From IMG/VR virus record IMGVR_UViG_3300001199_000009, positions 1 through 51,476 of that record: 51,476 nucleotides of DNA; one strand, given 5' to 3'. A program made the translations under genes and the position numbers. A model generated the notes under the pieces. It worked only from the letters and a program-made list of their open reading frames with translations, did no database searches and was not told where the DNA came from. This stretch comes from a virus. Shown here piece by piece: positions 18,974 to 26,497 of this stretch; position 1 is the first letter of the stretch; each line of letters starts with the position of its first letter.

Positions 18974-19013
18974 ATAACTTATAACTTATAACTTCAATGC
19001 AATTGTAAGTTAT
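18974..19013. repeat. Heptamer ATAACTT x3 in tandem, plus an inverted copy AAGTTAT 12 nt downstream
   Basis: Copies at 18974-18980, 18981-18987 and 18988-18994. Inverted copy at 19007-19013. Confidence 0.8.
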
Positions 19014-19049
19014 CAGCATGCTATTGCATGGTTTCTGTCTGCCTATTTC

Positions 19050-19148
19050 TTACAATGTTCTGGATTTGTCAAACAACACAAGGACGGCCCACCAAACAAC
19101 CATAAGGGCTGCGCTTACACATAAGAACACAACAATATCCACATTCAT
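19050..19148 (-). CDS. Candidate 32-aa single-pass membrane peptide (MNVDIVVFLCVSAALMVVWWAVLVLFDKSRTL), below the ORF-track cutoff
   Basis: ATG at 19148 and TAA at 19050-19052. The hydrophobic core is followed by basic residues. The GAGGA lies too close to the ATG for a good SD. Confidence 0.2.
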   Translation of the reverse strand: MNVDIVVFLCVSAALMVVWWAVLVLFDKSRTL

Positions 19149-19207
19149 ATCCTCTAGAATAAAAACTAAAGCGTTCATCTAAACATCCACACCAGAAAGA
19201 ATCCACA
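19137..19207 (+). promoter_or_regulatory. Cluster of three same-orientation ATCCACA heptamers (DnaA-box-like, TTATCCACA core)
   Basis: atATCCACA at 19137-19143, acATCCACA at 19185-19191, aATCCACA at 19201-19207. Lies in an A-rich non-coding region. Confidence 0.35.
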
Positions 19208-19317
19208 CAAAAAAATAATCTGAAAAACAAAAAAAACTAGCGCATGCAGTCAATAGATACATCTTCCATGACAGATCAAATAGTTTCATCTTCAAGAGGA
19301 AACCAAACATCTAATGG

Positions 19318-19376
19318 AAATAATAAACACCTCTACACATCTAATGAAATTAATAAACACCTCTACTAATATACAC
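19318..19376. repeat. Two tandem 29-bp direct repeats (catctaatgGaaaTaataaacacctctac / catctaatgAaatTaataaacacctctac)
   Basis: Read at 19318-19346 and 19348-19376, about 27/29 identical. Confidence 0.85.
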
Positions 19377-19538
19377 ACCGACACAAGTCTAATTAATTTT
19401 TTGTTCTTTATATGTCTTTGAATCTTGTAATGGAATGTCTCTTTCAAGAGTTCGGGCTCACGTAGATGCAACCTATACCGATGAATATAAATAATCATCA
19501 AAACGAAAGCAAAGAAAGTATTTATGTTTGATATGGAA

Positions 19539-19724
19539 TCAATCATTCAAATGACAACCTTTTCTTAAAAATGCATCTAAAGCCGACATCTTGTACCTCA
19601 AACGCTTATCTTTGCCTATCTCATACAAGAGAACACCAGATACCGCCCAGCGCGCAAACATACTACGCGGTGCACCTATATAGTGAACTGCCTCATCTAA
19701 AACCAACATCTTTTCAATCGCCAT
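19539..19724 (-). CDS. Excisionase/MerR-type (HTH_17-like) small DNA-binding protein
   Basis: LDEAVHYIGAPRSMFARWAVSGVL...RLRYKMSALDAFL fits the excisionase-family HTH pattern. GAGGA SD lies 7 nt before ATG 19724 (track start 19730 is a TTG). Confidence 0.6.
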   Translation of the reverse strand: MAIEKMLVLDEAVHYIGAPRSMFARWAVSGVLLYEIGKDKRLRYKMSALDAFLRKGCHLND

Positions 19725-19801
19725 TACCAAATCCTCATGTATTCTTGCATCTTTATCATATCTCTTGATTCGTTATGATATCTTGTATCAACATACCAAA
19801 C

Positions 19802-19818
19802 TGTGACGTTTTGTCACA
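19802..19818. promoter_or_regulatory. Perfect palindrome TGTGAC-N5-GTCACA in a divergent intergenic region (candidate operator)
   Basis: Read at 19802-19807 and 19813-19818, between the HTH gene (minus strand) and the 20075 operon (plus strand). Confidence 0.3.
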
Positions 19819-20074
19819 ACTTGAAAATAACGCGCACGTGAAGCACTCAGTAAAAAACAAAAATATATAGGGATGTGTACGCATTTTTTATATGGGAGAA
19901 CATGTATAAATAATTAACATTTATTAATAACTCATAAGGGGAGCGATTCGGGAAATTCCACATGAAATTCAACTGGATAAAATAATCATCGTTACCTACT
20001 ATATAAATATAGGCAAGAGATAAACCCTATAAAGAGTTAATGGATTAACAACGAACTGACAACGGAGAAATACA

Positions 20075-20380
20075 ATGATACACCTAGAGACTCGCGCAGA
20101 TATGATAGAGATCGCCATGCAATGGATAGTCGACCAAGAACTTGAGGTGACAGAGCGTGCACTAAAGAAAGAAAATCCAGATCCTTTTGCGGAATTTATT
20201 ATAATACCATTCAAAAAAAAGAATAAAGAAAAGATTTACACACAACTTAAAAGAAAATGTTACGCAGAGTTTTTGTCTATTGTTCGTGATATAAGGGACA
20301 GAAAGAAACTTGCAATGGAAGAAGCTTTATCAGTAATTCGCGAACACAGAGCCAACCAGCAATCCAGTATGTGCAAATAA
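20075..20380 (+). CDS. Hypothetical early protein (101 aa)
   Basis: GGAGA SD 7 nt upstream. First gene of a plus-strand three-gene unit. Confidence 0.55.
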   Translation: MIHLETRADMIEIAMQWIVDQELEVTERALKKENPDPFAEFIIIPFKKKNKEKIYTQLKRKCYAEFLSIVRDIRDRKKLAMEEALSVIREHRANQQSSMCK

Positions 20381-20418
20381 TGCACATACTGAACCAACCA
20401 AAACGACAGGAGAATTAG

Positions 20419-20700
20419 ATGCCATGCAAAAAACCATCAGATATTAAAGAGGTGGCGCAATACCGATCAGCCGTAGGTTTAGCCATTCAAGAGTTTAGAT
20501 CACTTAAAAACGTGCCAGTTACCATCTTTGCGCGCTCCATTGGCATGAAATATTGCCGCGTGTGGCAATACGAGAAAGGCCAATCATTACCGTCGTTGCA
20601 TGTTCTTTTAAACATCATCCAGAAATTAGGGTGTGATGAGACTACATTTTTTGCACGGGTACGGCATTACATTGAGATAGAAAGGAACACCGAGAAATGA
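20419..20700 (+). CDS. XRE/Cro-CI family helix-turn-helix regulator
   Basis: VTIFARSIGMKYCRVWQYEKGQSLPSLHVLLNIIQKLG matches the HTH_3 pattern (...S.s.is.~E.G...Ps...l..ia..L). AGGAGA SD. Confidence 0.7.
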   Translation: MPCKKPSDIKEVAQYRSAVGLAIQEFRSLKNVPVTIFARSIGMKYCRVWQYEKGQSLPSLHVLLNIIQKLGCDETTFFARVRHYIEIERNTEK

Positions 20701-20909
20701 GCGAGAATCAAAGCCTGAAACTAATAAATAGTTTTTTTAGAGCATTAAAGAAAAACCCATCATCCAGAGCGTCATTAGACACCTATCATAGGATGATGAG
20801 CGGTTATTCTATGGCTTTTCTGCATGAACTAGACAAGAGGCCCGAAGTGGAAGGTGAGGCTTACAGGTCATTTTACCGCGAGTACGTATTAGTTTCAATT
20901 GTAGATTAG
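20697..20909 (+). CDS. Hypothetical protein (70 aa), start overlapping the XRE gene stop (ATGA)
   Basis: 4-nt overlap indicates translational coupling. No motif recognised. Confidence 0.45.
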   Translation: MSENQSLKLINSFFRALKKNPSSRASLDTYHRMMSGYSMAFLHELDKRPEVEGEAYRSFYREYVLVSIVD

Positions 20910-21016
20910 TAATGTTTGATTCTGCCGCATTTTTATTGTTAAAATAACAATGGGTAGACTCCGTGCCCCACAGACTAGATGTCCTAAGCCATCTTTTTGT
21001 GGGGTGCCTATCCTTC

Positions 21017-21292
21017 TTATTCCGCGATTCTATTTTTTGAAATAAAGTCCAAAATATCTTCTTCAAGGTATCGAATCATCTTACCGATGCGCACATACGG
21101 CAGTTTGGGGGTCTTACGCAGTGCCCACATAGCCAAGATAGCACTGGATGAAATACCCAGTATTTTAGCTGTTTCTGTGCGGGAATACAGGCGTTTAGGA
21201 AAATCAAGCGCGGTCATTGCCGTTGCACTTCTTTTTGTCTTTGGTTGAGTTTTATTTTGTTCCACCGATGCTTTAATTTTTTTAACAGCCAT
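21017..21292 (-). CDS. Excisionase/MerR-type (HTH_17-like) small DNA-binding protein downstream of the putative rep gene
   Basis: LYSRTETAKILGISSSAILAMW...LPYVRIGKMIRYLEEDILDFI fits the excisionase-family HTH pattern. Confidence 0.6.
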   Translation of the reverse strand: MAVKKIKASVEQNKTQPKTKRSATAMTALDFPKRLYSRTETAKILGISSSAILAMWALRKTPKLPYVRIGKMIRYLEEDILDFISKNRIAE

Positions 21293-21375
21293 ACGTATCT
21301 TTAACCCCTTTAGGCATATCTTAGGCTATTTTATGTTATTTCATCAACACAATCATTCAATTTTCCATCCAATTA

Positions 21376-22671
21376 TCACCGATATAACTGTAGAGTTTGC
21401 CGCGGTATATCGTACTGGAATTGATCGTAAGAATATTTGTTGTTCAAGTAGTCCTTGTGGAACTGCGAGTTTACATGAAAGCAATAATCTGATTCACCCT
21501 CAAATGGCAAATCCTTAATCCAGGTTGCGTAATGATCGGGCCCCATTTTTGCAAGTAGAGCGAGGCGGGCTTCTTTTTGGGGTAGCGATTCGGTGCTTTC
21601 AAATCCAATTGCGCGCTGCAGTTCTTCCATTTTTTCAGACATGCTTTTAACTGGTTGGGATATATTCATCATCTTTCTCGCCTCTTTCTTAGGTTTTATT
21701 AACGTTCTAGCAAACATGTATAGATTCTTAAATCTCAGGGCCTCTGTCAAGTTTCCAGCGAGGTTTTCTTTCGCCCACGCGGCAAGTTTTCTAAAGTTCT
21801 CCCGTGTCGGCCGGAATATTTCCCGTTCGAAGATAGCCCCAACAAACGTAAAATACTTCTTGTGTCGCTCAATATCGACCCATCGTTTAGATCGGCCCAC
21901 ATTGCCCCGAAACACGGGGGCGTAGCCCTTAGTTGTCCCTTTGTGTACTTCCTCCTCAAGAACGACTCCCATGGCGTAGATGAGCTCTCCAAGGCTGCTA
22001 ACTGCTTCTTGCTGACAAAGCGCAGCATAGCGGGCGCCTCCATAGCGCTGCCGCGCATGCAAGCGTGAGTTATCCACACCCTTATCATCACGTATATGAT
22101 ATAAATAACCCCGTAGGGGATTGGATACCGTTTGAAGATGGCGGATTTGTTCGGGTTCAGCCTTCAACAAGATAGATTGTGTGTTGCAATTTCCCTTAGG
22201 ATTCGTGACGCATTTACGGCCTTTGTACCTACCAACCTTTTGTTTAAAGCCTGGGACCTTACGGATAATATGCATGGGGTCGAACTGGCATATATCCGTG
22301 AGCGTCATTTTTTCGCTATGAGGTCTAATACCGCAGGGGACATAATTTTGTCCCTTAAGGAACGTTTCGAGCACTTTATAGTTAATAGCGTAGCAGTTAG
22401 TAGTTTTGCGTTTAACAAAATCGGGCTTTCTAACCACGATGATGCCGTTTTCCACCAAGAACTTAAGCGCTGTAAAAAAAGAATTTCTTTGATAGGTAAC
22501 TGCGCTAATTAATTCTTCCGCCGTGGCCCAAACAAAGGGCATAACCCCCCCACCCACATCACGAACGAACACGCGTTCTGGGTATTGTGCATAAAAATCG
22601 TGCAAAACAATGAGTAGCTCTTCACATTTCTTGGTGAAAGTATTATACTTAAAAGTACGAAGAAAGGTCAT
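21376..22671 (-). CDS. Putative replication initiator (N-terminal winged-helix-like region, C-terminal DnaA-N-terminal-domain-like segment)
   Basis: ELISAVTYQRNSFFTALKFLVENGIIVV resembles a wHTH. GPDHYATWIKDLPFEG...FHVNSQFHKDYL resembles the DnaA N-terminal pattern (f..Wi.pL......l.vpn.f..dwi). Iterons abut its start codon. No catalytic motif recognised. Confidence 0.4.
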   Translation of the reverse strand: MTFLRTFKYNTFTKKCEELLIVLHDFYAQYPERVFVRDVGGGVMPFVWATAEELISAVTYQRNSFFTALKFLVENGIIVVRKPDFVKRKTTNCYAINYKVLETFLKGQNYVPCGIRPHSEKMTLTDICQFDPMHIIRKVPGFKQKVGRYKGRKCVTNPKGNCNTQSILLKAEPEQIRHLQTVSNPLRGYLYHIRDDKGVDNSRLHARQRYGGARYAALCQQEAVSSLGELIYAMGVVLEEEVHKGTTKGYAPVFRGNVGRSKRWVDIERHKKYFTFVGAIFEREIFRPTRENFRKLAAWAKENLAGNLTEALRFKNLYMFARTLIKPKKEARKMMNISQPVKSMSEKMEELQRAIGFESTESLPQKEARLALLAKMGPDHYATWIKDLPFEGESDYCFHVNSQFHKDYLNNKYSYDQFQYDIPRQTLQLYR

Positions 22672-22780
22672 AAGATAGGTCCTTTTTAGTTAAGTGCGAA
22701 GAAGGGTCATGTGATGTGTCCTTTTTAGTTAAGTACGAAGAAGGGTTCATAAGATGGGTCCTTTTTAGTTAAGTGCGAAG
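22649..22780. repeat. Iteron-like array of about 3.5 direct repeats, 39-40 bp each (TTAGTTAAGTRCGAAGAAGGGTCATRWGATGKGTCCTTT). The first copy overlaps the rep start codon
   Basis: Copies at about 22649-22685, 22686-22724, 22725-22764 and partial 22765-22780. Each full copy carries a rep-start-like ATGACC/ATGAAC on the minus strand. Confidence 0.8.
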
Positions 22781-22939
22781 CTCGGTCGGGCAAAAATTGC
22801 CTTGTCCTTGTTAAAAAGAAAACTAACAAGTTTTTCGGCTTGTGGTTAAAGAAGAAGAAGAAGGGGCAGCTTGCTGCTTTTGAGAGATGGATGGCTTTTA
22901 CCTCGCTTTCTTTTCTTTCTTTCTTTTTTTTCTTGTTCA

Positions 22940-22990
22940 CGTTTGGGGCTTTTGTCGGTCTCGTACGTTTGGGGCTTTGGTCGGTCTCGA
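22940..22990. repeat. Two tandem 25-26 bp direct repeats CGTTTGGGGCTTT(T)GTCGGTCTCG next to long purine and pyrimidine tracts
   Basis: Copies at 22940-22965 and 22966-22990. The tracts aagaagaagaagaagg and ctttcttttctttctttctttttttt lie at about 22848-22932. Confidence 0.8.
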
Positions 22991-23400
22991 TTGTCTTTTT
23001 GTTTGTTTACTTACACAATAATGTGCATCTCATGTCTCCTTTTTCAAGGGCATGAGAGCCATTTTTGTATTTATATGACACACGATTGAATCGCAGTGAC
23101 AAACCGTTATTCTATAAAGAAACCAACCTTTAATAATCTATTAAAAGGCTGGACCAAACAATTACATGTAGAAAATATTTCTTCCCCCTTTCGAAGAAAG
23201 AACATCAATGGTAAGATTGTTATGATAAGACAGACAAAAAGATATTATTAGCTCGATCTATCCAAAGCAATAAAGAATCAGTAGATTAGAAATACGTGGG
23301 AGGGGGTTTAGGTGTTTAGGCATTCCTTACCTCACCTTTATGCCCAAGCATAGAACACCCAGATAGCCTCTTTCCCACGCTATTACAAGGAGACATTACT

Positions 23401-23733
23401 ATGCGCAATTTCATAGAGATGGACGTGGCGGGGCACACTCTTCGTTCACACCATAAGTATGATCGAAAAATCATGATTGGCCTGATTGAATCAGGCTTGC
23501 GCAAAGACTGGAATAGCGTGTTGAATAATTCATTATACGTTTGTATTGAGTTATTTATTATATATATTTCAATTAAATTGGACTTTCACCAAAATGAAAT
23601 ATTTTGCGCTGGCATTGGTACGAGTGCTTTGTATTTCCTCTACAAGGCTTGTCAAAGTCTAAGTAGCATATACTTTAAAAATAAATGCCTGCGCTCTATC
23701 CACAAAGATCAGAGTATCTTTGATTCGATGTAA
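23401..23733 (+). CDS. Hypothetical protein (110 aa) with a hydrophobic central segment
   Basis: AGGAGA SD 7 nt upstream. YVCIELFIIYISIKL and FCAGIGTSALYFLY segments. Confidence 0.45.
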   Translation: MRNFIEMDVAGHTLRSHHKYDRKIMIGLIESGLRKDWNSVLNNSLYVCIELFIIYISIKLDFHQNEIFCAGIGTSALYFLYKACQSLSSIYFKNKCLRSIHKDQSIFDSM

Positions 23734-23748
23734 GCGCAGACACCCGAT

Positions 23749-23841
23749 TTACCCGCCGTATTTAATATCGATTGATACAAGTAAAACACTTAATAAAAGG
23801 AAGAAAATGGCTTTAAACCATCTTTGTTCGCTGTATTTCAT
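23749..23841 (-). CDS. Candidate 30-aa membrane peptide (MKYSEQRWFKAIFFLLLSVLLVSIDIKYGG) at the distal end of the LRR operon, below the ORF-track cutoff
   Basis: GAGG SD 6 nt upstream of ATG 23841. TAA at 23749-23751. Single hydrophobic helix. Confidence 0.3.
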   Translation of the reverse strand: MKYSEQRWFKAIFFLLLSVLLVSIDIKYGG

Positions 23842-23920
23842 TTTAAACCTCGTTGTTATTAGTTAACAAAAAAATATCAAAACAGAATAATAAAAATATG
23901 TATCTCTTCGTTTCTATGGT

Positions 23921-24700
23921 TTATCTGTAGTCTCGTTTTCCCGCCATTATCAAGTTGTGACGACTAAGCGGGGTTAAATCTATCTGCTTCAATCCATCAC
24001 ACCTGAAAAGGAAATAATCACCAATTGTGGTGACATTGCAAAGTGGGCTCACATCCAACTGCTGCAAAGCTAGGCAATCGTAAAGAAAAGACTGCCCTAT
24101 CGTGGTGACATTGCTAAACGGGCTTAAATCTATCTGCTGCAATCCATTACACCAGGCAAGGAAATAATCACCAATGGTTGTTACGTTGCTAAGCGGGCTT
24201 AAATCCAACTGCTGCAAAGCTGTACAATAGGCAATGAAATAATCACCAATGGTTGTGACATTGCTAAACGGTGTTAAATCCAACTGCGTCAGTCCCTCAC
24301 AACAGTAAATAAAAAACTTCCCTATCGTTGTGACGTTGCAAAGTGGGCTTAAATCTATCTGCTTCAATTCGTCACATCCGTGAAGGAAATGACTACCAAT
24401 GGTTGTGACATTGCAAAGGGGGCTTAAATCTATCTGCGTCAATCTTCTACAACAGCCAAGAAACCAGTTTCCAATGGTTGTGACATTGCAAAGTGGGCTT
24501 AAATCTATCTCCTTCAATCCATAACAACAGGAAAGAAAATCATGCCCAATGGTTGTTACGTTCTCCGCATTGATGATCTCTATATTGATAATCTTTATTT
24601 CCTCAATTCTCTTGCGTGGGAAAGATATAGAGTCCATTTCCAGTACAGAATCACCCTCACAGTCAATTGTTAGCTTGCTGCCTTCAAAAGTAAATTTCAT
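23921..24700 (-). CDS. Leucine-rich-repeat protein, BspA/TpLRR type, 8 units of 25 aa (LRR paralog 4 of 4)
   Basis: Repeating L.QIDLSPLCNVTTIGDYFL..C.. units. Conserved N-terminal block MKFTFEGSKLTIDCEGDS. Start overlaps the upstream stop (ATGA). Confidence 0.85.
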   Translation of the reverse strand: MKFTFEGSKLTIDCEGDSVLEMDSISFPRKRIEEIKIINIEIINAENVTTIGHDFLSCCYGLKEIDLSPLCNVTTIGNWFLGCCRRLTQIDLSPLCNVTTIGSHFLHGCDELKQIDLSPLCNVTTIGKFFIYCCEGLTQLDLTPFSNVTTIGDYFIAYCTALQQLDLSPLSNVTTIGDYFLAWCNGLQQIDLSPFSNVTTIGQSFLYDCLALQQLDVSPLCNVTTIGDYFLFRCDGLKQIDLTPLSRHNLIMAGKRDYR

Positions 24701-25224
24701 CTATTTTCTCCTTCTTTAAGAGCCGCCATTACCGGGCTTAAATCTAACTCCCTCAATCTTCTACAATAGCCAAGAAAATTACTACCTATCCTGGTGACAT
24801 TGCAAAGGGGGCTTAAATCTAACTCCCTCAATCTTCTACAACAGGAAAGAAAATCATGCCCAATGGTTGTTACGTTGCTAAGCGGTGTTAAATCTATCTG
24901 CTCCAGTCCTCCACAACAGTAAAGGAAACGATCACCAATTGTGGTGACATTGCTAAGTGAGGTTAAATCCAACTGCGTCAGTTCATTACAATCGTAAAGG
25001 AAATCATCACCAATTGTGGTGACATTGCAAAGTGGGCTTAAATCTATCTGCGTCAATCCCCAAGAATCGTAAAAACACCAGTTACCAATGGTTGTGACGT
25101 TCTCCGCATTGATAATCTCTATTTCCTCAATTCTCTGGCAGTGGAAAGAATCTGAGTCCATTTCCAGTAAAGACTCACCCTCACAGTCAATTGTTAGCTT
25201 GCTTCCTTTAAAAGTAAATTTCAT
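24697..25224 (-). CDS. Leucine-rich-repeat protein, BspA/TpLRR type, 5 units (paralog 3 of 4)
   Basis: Same 25-aa unit and N-terminal block. C-terminal DLSPVMAALKEGENR. ATGA overlaps at both ends. Confidence 0.85.
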   Translation of the reverse strand: MKFTFKGSKLTIDCEGESLLEMDSDSFHCQRIEEIEIINAENVTTIGNWCFYDSWGLTQIDLSPLCNVTTIGDDFLYDCNELTQLDLTSLSNVTTIGDRFLYCCGGLEQIDLTPLSNVTTIGHDFLSCCRRLRELDLSPLCNVTRIGSNFLGYCRRLRELDLSPVMAALKEGENR

Positions 25225-25898
25225 CTACTTTTCCCTTCTTTAAGAGCCGCCATTACCGGGCTTAAATCTATCTGCTTCAAATCTTCACACCTGAAAAGGA
25301 AACCATGCCCAACTGTGGTGACATTGCCAAGCGGGCTTAAATCTAACTGCTTCAGCCCACCACAATGGGCAAGGAAATCATCTCCAATCGTGGTGACATT
25401 GCTAAACGGGCTCACATCCAACTGTGTCAGTCCATCACAAGCGTAAAGGAAATAATCACCAATGGTTGTGACATTGCAAAGCGGGCTTAAATCTATCTGC
25501 GTCAATTCATCACAACCGCAAAGGAAAGAATTACCAATCGTGGTGACATTGTTAAACGGGCTTAAATCTATCTGCGTCAATTCATTACACCAGGCAAGAA
25601 AACAATCACCAATGGTTGTGACATTGCAAAGCGGGCTTAAATCCAACTGCGTCAGTCCCTCACAATCGTAAAGAAAAGAATCACCAATCGTGGTGACGTT
25701 GCCAAGCGGGCTCAAATCAAGATGCTGCAAAGCTGTACAATCGAAAAGGAAATCATCTCCAATCGTGGTGACGTTCTCTGCATTGATAATCTCTATTTCC
25801 TCAGCACGCCTGCATGGGAAAGAATCTGAGTCCAGATCCAGTAAAGAATCACCTTCGCAGTCAATCGTTAGCTTGCTGCCTTCAAAATTAAATTTCAT
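25221..25898 (-). CDS. Leucine-rich-repeat protein, BspA/TpLRR type, 7 units (paralog 2 of 4)
   Basis: Same unit and N-terminal block. C-terminal DLSPVMAALKEGKSR. ATGA overlaps. Confidence 0.85.
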   Translation of the reverse strand: MKFNFEGSKLTIDCEGDSLLDLDSDSFPCRRAEEIEIINAENVTTIGDDFLFDCTALQHLDLSPLGNVTTIGDSFLYDCEGLTQLDLSPLCNVTTIGDCFLAWCNELTQIDLSPFNNVTTIGNSFLCGCDELTQIDLSPLCNVTTIGDYFLYACDGLTQLDVSPFSNVTTIGDDFLAHCGGLKQLDLSPLGNVTTVGHGFLFRCEDLKQIDLSPVMAALKEGKSR

Positions 25899-26497
25899 CT
25901 ACTTTTCCCTTCTTTAAGAGCCGCCATTACCGGGCTTAAATCTATCTTCTGCAAAGATGTACATCTGGAAAGGAAACGATCACCAATTGTGGTGACATTG
26001 CAAAGCGGGCTTAAATCTATCTGCTGCAAAGCTTCACATAAGGCAAGGAAACAATCCCCAATGGTTGTTACGTTGCTAAGTGGGCTTAAATCCAACTGCT
26101 TCAATCCATCACAACAGAAAAGGAAACGATCCCCAATTGTGGTGACATTGCAAAGTGGGCTTAAATCTATCTGCTGCAATCTTCTACAACCGTAAAGAAA
26201 ATCATTCCCAACTGTGGTGACGTTGCAAAGCGGTGTTAAATCTATCTGCCACAAAGCTCTACAATTGAAAAGGAAACAATCCCCAATGGTTGTGACGTTG
26301 CTCAGCGGTGTTATATCCAACTGCTGCAAAGCTGTACAACAGAAAAGGAAACGATCCCCAATTGTGGTGACGTTCTCTGCATTGATAATCTCTATTTCCT
26401 CAACGAGCCTGCGTGGGAAAGAATCTGAGCCCATTTCCAGTAAAGACTCACCCTCACAGTCAATCGTTAGCTTGCTGCCTTCAAAATTAAATTTCAT
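25895..26497 (-). CDS. Leucine-rich-repeat protein, BspA/TpLRR type, 6 units (paralog 1 of 4)
   Basis: Same unit and N-terminal block. C-terminal DLSPVMAALKEGKSR. Start abuts the stop of 26498..26992. Confidence 0.85.
   Translation of the reverse strand: MKFNFEGSKLTIDCEGESLLEMGSDSFPRRLVEEIEIINAENVTTIGDRFLFCCTALQQLDITPLSNVTTIGDCFLFNCRALWQIDLTPLCNVTTVGNDFLYGCRRLQQIDLSPLCNVTTIGDRFLFCCDGLKQLDLSPLSNVTTIGDCFLALCEALQQIDLSPLCNVTTIGDRFLSRCTSLQKIDLSPVMAALKEGKSR

Noticed and set aside
19292-19546. 84-aa minus-strand ORF in the non-coding hub
   Set aside because: Its C-terminal repeats (VEVFINFIRC / VEVFIISIRC) are just the translated 29-bp DNA repeats. It has no SD and AT-rich, low-complexity coding.
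20809-21248. ORFs 20809..21066 (minus) and 20997..21248 (plus)
   Set aside because: They overlap better-supported genes (20697..20909 and the HTH_17-like 21017..21292). They have no SD and no recognisable motif.
22725-23089. ORFs 22725..22940 (minus), 22840..23055 (plus) and 22871..23089 (plus)
   Set aside because: They lie in the iteron and homopurine/homopyrimidine region. Their translations are low-complexity (poly-K, poly-F/L) and are explained better as non-coding origin DNA.
23950-26450. Highly regular 75-bp periodic repeats that could be mistaken for a CRISPR-like or satellite array
   Set aside because: The periodicity is exactly one 25-aa LRR unit inside four intact, in-frame genes. 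There are no unique spacers and no non-coding repeat-spacer structure.
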